A stretch of DNA of 64,000 bases from Thermoplasmatota archaeon (GTDB lineage Archaea; Thermoplasmatota; E2; DHVEG-1; B18-G2). This document shows positions 60,490 to 64,000 of the stretch, piece after piece. The notes beneath the pieces were generated by a model. That model saw only the letters and a list, made by a program, of their open reading frames with translations. It was not told the DNA's origin and did no database searches. The stretch spans positions 1 through 64,000 of the forward strand of contig JAPDJO010000018.1 in the NCBI GenBank assembly GCA_029259115.1, written 5' to 3'. Position 1 is the first letter of the stretch; each line of letters opens with the position of its first letter. The position numbers and the translations under genes are program-made.

Positions 60490-61194
60490 ATGGAGAGAAA
60501 GATATATTTCTCGTTCCACGACATACCGTTTTCTGAGCATAACTATTCTTACCCATCTAAGCCTCCCCTGACAAGCAAGACGGAGATTATCCATCTTGGT
60601 ATAGCTATGATAGTTTTGTCTGTAGCTTTTGCATTCGCCATGGCAGAAGGGATTTTTGGATTAATTTATTCTAGTGACCCTCTCGGAAACATTCTCTACT
60701 ACCTCCAATTCTCTTCTCTAGGAATACTAACAGGTTTCTTTTTTCATGAATTATCTCATAAGCTAATGGCTAGAAGATACGGACTATGGGCAGAATTTAG
60801 GATGTTTTCTCAAGGTTTAATGCTAGCCCTGATATTTGGTATATTTTTTGGCTTTGTTATAGCTGCGCCAGGCGCAGTTAACGTGTGGGGAGGAGCAAGG
60901 AGATTTGAGTTTGGAAGAATAGCAGCCGCAGGTCCTCTTGCAAATATAGTGATTGGTGCACTTGCTATGCTGGGATATATAGAGTTGGGTTTGGACAGTT
61001 TTTATGGGAGTGTACTGGGTTTCATTTGTATGGTGAATGTATTTCTTGCATTCTTCAATCTCATTCCATTTGGTCCCTTAGATGGTAGAAAGATCATTGC
61101 ATGGAACTCTATAGTTTGGGCTGTTATGTTTATTATCTCCATCTTTCTTTTGGTAGTCTATATGGGTAGAGGAATAGTTATCCCTGGATTTTAG
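60490..61194 (+). CDS. Site-2 (M50) intramembrane metalloprotease
   Basis: HELSH, AAGP..N and FNLIP..PLDG motifs. Confidence 0.92.
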   Translation: MERKIYFSFHDIPFSEHNYSYPSKPPLTSKTEIIHLGIAMIVLSVAFAFAMAEGIFGLIYSSDPLGNILYYLQFSSLGILTGFFFHELSHKLMARRYGLWAEFRMFSQGLMLALIFGIFFGFVIAAPGAVNVWGGARRFEFGRIAAAGPLANIVIGALAMLGYIELGLDSFYGSVLGFICMVNVFLAFFNLIPFGPLDGRKIIAWNSIVWAVMFIISIFLLVVYMGRGIVIPGF

Positions 61195-61732
61195 CTCTCC
61201 TTTTGATATCTTCATAAAGGTTGTTTCCCTCTGAGTCTATCGATACGATAAGAGGGCCAAATCTTTTTACCTCGAAGATCCAAATAGCTTCGGGCATACC
61301 CATGTCTAACCAGAAAACATCCTTAACTTTGGCTATGGATTTTGCAGCCACAAGGGAGGCTCCTCCTGTAAAGCTACAGTATACTGCTCCATAATCTTTA
61401 CAGGCTTTGGATGTTTTAGCTCCCATCCCTCCCTTACCTATGATCATCCTTACACCTGTACATTTTATAAAATCAGCCTCTATCCCTTCTAACCTATAAC
61501 TAGTCGTTGGCCCCGCAGATAAGATTTTCCATTCATCGTTCCCTCTTTTTGCTATTGGACCGCAATGATACACCGCAAGATCTCTCATATCTATAGGGAT
61601 GTCTTTACAACTAGATACTATCCTTCTGTGTGCTTTATCTCTAGCTGTGACTAACGTTCCTGATAGATAAACTACATCTCCAACTTTCAATTCTCTTATC
61701 TCCTCTTCCCTTAAGGGTGTCTTTAGATCCAT
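61178..61732 (-). CDS. Class I fumarate hydratase/tartrate dehydratase beta subunit
   Basis: TARD.AH, HCGP, GPTTS.R, IGKGG and GMPEA motifs. Confidence 0.93.
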   Translation of the reverse strand: MDLKTPLREEEIRELKVGDVVYLSGTLVTARDKAHRRIVSSCKDIPIDMRDLAVYHCGPIAKRGNDEWKILSAGPTTSYRLEGIEADFIKCTGVRMIIGKGGMGAKTSKACKDYGAVYCSFTGGASLVAAKSIAKVKDVFWLDMGMPEAIWIFEVKRFGPLIVSIDSEGNNLYEDIKRRAKIQG

Positions 61733-62577
61733 TCCACTTCACCATCTTCTTTTATAACAACAGTTGCTCTACGGTTTGCCCAGCATTGAATAGACACAGC
61801 AACAGGAAAACTCGCAGGGTGTCTGGATGCATATTCTATATGCACATCCAGAGCTGTAGTCTTTCCTCCTAACCCCATGGGTCCTATTCCTGTCTCATTT
61901 ATTCTCTTTAGCAGCCTTTCCTCAAGATCAGCCAAGGTTCTGTTCTTGCTTCTCTCGCCAACAGATCTAAGTAAGGATCTTTTTGCTAGCTTCATTGCTA
62001 TGTCAGCGCCGCCGCCTATACCTATGCCTACAATCACCGGAGGGCAGGGTTTACCACCACATTCTATAATATGGTTAACAACAAAATCCTCTATCCTCTC
62101 AATGCCATCAGACGGATTGAACATTTTAAGAGTTGAGCAGTTCTCGCTTCCTCCGCCTTTGGGCAAAACCGTTATCTTGCAATCTTTACCCTCAATGAGA
62201 TTCCATTCTATCCAAGGAATTTTTTCTCCTACATTTCCAGTATTCTTTTCTGTAAATGGATTTACACAGTTCGGTCTGAGAGGAATTTTTTCGGTTGCAA
62301 TTTTCACAGCTCTGTGGATGGAACTTTGAATTTCGTGTTTGTAAGGAAAATCTATTCCAACATCTACGAAGAATATCAATGTTCCTGTATCCTGGCATAT
62401 CGGTAACTTTTCTTTCCTAGCTATCTTTATGTTCTCCAAGATAGTTTTTAGTTGGAGTTTCGCTATATGATTTGTTTCTTTTCTATATGCATCTTCTAAT
62501 GCTTTTTCTGTGTCTTTTGGGAGATCCGTTTCTGCTTCTTTTATCAGATTAAATATGTGTCGAGATAAATCTTCCAT
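61723..62577 (-). CDS. Class I fumarate hydratase/tartrate dehydratase alpha subunit
   Basis: PICQDTG, KGGGSEN, CPP, GPMGLGG and CWA.R motifs. Confidence 0.93.
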   Translation of the reverse strand: MEDLSRHIFNLIKEAETDLPKDTEKALEDAYRKETNHIAKLQLKTILENIKIARKEKLPICQDTGTLIFFVDVGIDFPYKHEIQSSIHRAVKIATEKIPLRPNCVNPFTEKNTGNVGEKIPWIEWNLIEGKDCKITVLPKGGGSENCSTLKMFNPSDGIERIEDFVVNHIIECGGKPCPPVIVGIGIGGGADIAMKLAKRSLLRSVGERSKNRTLADLEERLLKRINETGIGPMGLGGKTTALDVHIEYASRHPASFPVAVSIQCWANRRATVVIKEDGEVEWI

Positions 62578-62610
62578 ACAAAACCGAGAGTAGAGTGAGA
62601 ATATATAAAA

Positions 62611-63810
62611 CTAGAGTCTGAGCTTCCTTCTTTGTTTCTCTTGCTCCTTGCGTATTTTCTCAATCAGTTTCAATTTTGTTAATTCATCTCTTGATATTCT
62701 TCCCCTCCTTGGTTTTCTCTCTACTTCCTTTTTAACTTCGAGGGGGTGCTCTTTTGTCTCCTTTTCTGGTATCTGCACTCTTTTTGGTTTCTCTATCCTT
62801 GGCCTCCTCCTTATTTTAAGGGATAGTATCGTCTTAGCTGCAATGAGAATCAGTATAAGGATTACGATTATGAAAACTATGTAAAGTCCTCCCACCTGAG
62901 GATTTGAGGAAATGCCTTCGACCATCACTATAAAGCTTCCGAGATACGTTTGGTTTGGATTAAGAACAGATGTTGCATATACTTTTACTTCATAGGGCTT
63001 CCCATATTCGAATAATTTTCTTGGAGATGAGACAACGAAAGTTACTTTCTTACTCTCCCCAGGCTTTATAACTAATTGTTGCTCCTTTGCTTCAGCTTTT
63101 ATACCGCTCTCTCCTTCCAATGTAAAATGCAGAGTGTCTTCATAATATCCTTTATTTGTGACTGTAGCAGTAACGGTAGAAGTAGACCATGGTGGTAGAT
63201 ATATTCTAGGTTGATCGACTACCATCTCAATATAGGGGTATTTCTGTAATTTAACTGGCACGTATATGTAAGAAGTTCCTATGTTTTTTCCATTGTAACT
63301 ATATCTAATGCATTTTATACCAATGGTAACCGAATAATCCATAGCTGTTTTATCTGCCCACACATAGAGTTTTATATGATGAACTACTCCATCGGTAGTT
63401 GGCGAAACCGATGGTGGTATAACTTTCATTTTCCAACCTCTGGGATTTCCTTCTACGATTTCTGGATAAAAAGAGAGAGTATTATAACCAAAGAAATCAG
63501 CATAATCTTTAAACCTAATTTTTGGCCATATTACCCAAACCAATAGTTTACCATACCATCGTAAGCCAGGGATATTAAGAAACTCTTGAGAAAAGTAAGT
63601 CCAATTAAAACCGTTCTTATCAATTACCGTTATGTTGATGGAGGTCCATTTTCCCGGTTCTACTGGAGGTATATCACCATCTATAGTAGCAACCACATAG
63701 GCGCTCTCTTCCTCTTGCGCTTTTGCTGTAATGAAGCAGTAGATACTACTAAATAGAATGAGGAAAAGGAATACTAAGATTACTGATGTATTTTTCCTAG
63801 ACACTATCAT
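62611..63810 (-). CDS. Membrane-anchored surface protein with Ig-like (NEW3/CARDB-like) domain and basic cytoplasmic tail
   Basis: Signal peptide, VTNKG...D....IKPGESK.V, a TM helix and a K/R/E-rich tail. Confidence 0.75.
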   Translation of the reverse strand: MIVSRKNTSVILVFLFLILFSSIYCFITAKAQEEESAYVVATIDGDIPPVEPGKWTSINITVIDKNGFNWTYFSQEFLNIPGLRWYGKLLVWVIWPKIRFKDYADFFGYNTLSFYPEIVEGNPRGWKMKVIPPSVSPTTDGVVHHIKLYVWADKTAMDYSVTIGIKCIRYSYNGKNIGTSYIYVPVKLQKYPYIEMVVDQPRIYLPPWSTSTVTATVTNKGYYEDTLHFTLEGESGIKAEAKEQQLVIKPGESKKVTFVVSSPRKLFEYGKPYEVKVYATSVLNPNQTYLGSFIVMVEGISSNPQVGGLYIVFIIVILILILIAAKTILSLKIRRRPRIEKPKRVQIPEKETKEHPLEVKKEVERKPRRGRISRDELTKLKLIEKIRKEQEKQRRKLRL

Positions 63811-63870
63811 TCCCACCCCTTTCAAATATATTGAGATGGTAATGGAAAGCTCTGTACCCTGTAGATCCTT

Positions 63871-63999
63871 TTACTCCCTTTTTGTTCCCATCTTAAAGAA
63901 TATAGCTACCACGGCTATTATTATGGCAATAATCACTATTATCGCCGCTAGCAGCGGTACAGGCATGTAGAATCCGACGTTCTGAACAGTTATATCAAC
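63871..63999 (-). CDS. C-terminal end of a membrane-anchored protein (5' partial)
   Basis: VDITVQNVGFYMPVPLLAAIIVIIAIIIAVVAIFFKMGTKRE*. Confidence 0.65.
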   Translation of the reverse strand, partial: VDITVQNVGFYMPVPLLAAIIVIIAIIIAVVAIFFKMGTKRE

Positions 64000-64000
64000 A

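Overview
Archaeal chromosomal window. It carries archaeal-type r-proteins (eS4, eL32, eL19), carS, egsA, Rpp29, rpo6, class III signal-peptide pilins and a PGF-CTERM protein. Gene content suggests an uncultured Thermoplasmatota-like lineage (inference, no search run). From left to right: rpe/tpiA with a transaldolase scar; carS, tsr3 and taw2; a large repetitive surface protein; an lplA-homocitrate synthase-like-LipS1-like operon; a decayed MNT-HEPN pair; two divergent GGR-family flavoproteins converging on a KaiC-roadblock-FIST module; egsA, a bacterial-type metK, tRNA-Ile and Hsp20. Next is a ~17 kb type IV pilus locus with a prepilin peptidase, 4 tandem pilins, two intact MNT-HEPN pairs, an ATPase, 2 TadC proteins, adhesin-like proteins, a KaiC-like ATPase and a pseudo-receiver. 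The right third holds the S10-spc ribosomal operon from uL3 to uL30, rpo6-uS2, an M50 protease and a split class I fumarase. Best novelty candidates: a 14-bp inverted repeat/5' leader upstream of the major pilins, a three-way-junction RNA leader upstream of rpl3, the lipoate operon with an embedded 2-oxoacid elongation synthase, the KaiC-roadblock-FIST/GGR module, and HhH fusions on both uS3 and eL32. No CRISPR array, rRNA, transposase or integrase was seen. All calls come from reading motifs by eye.
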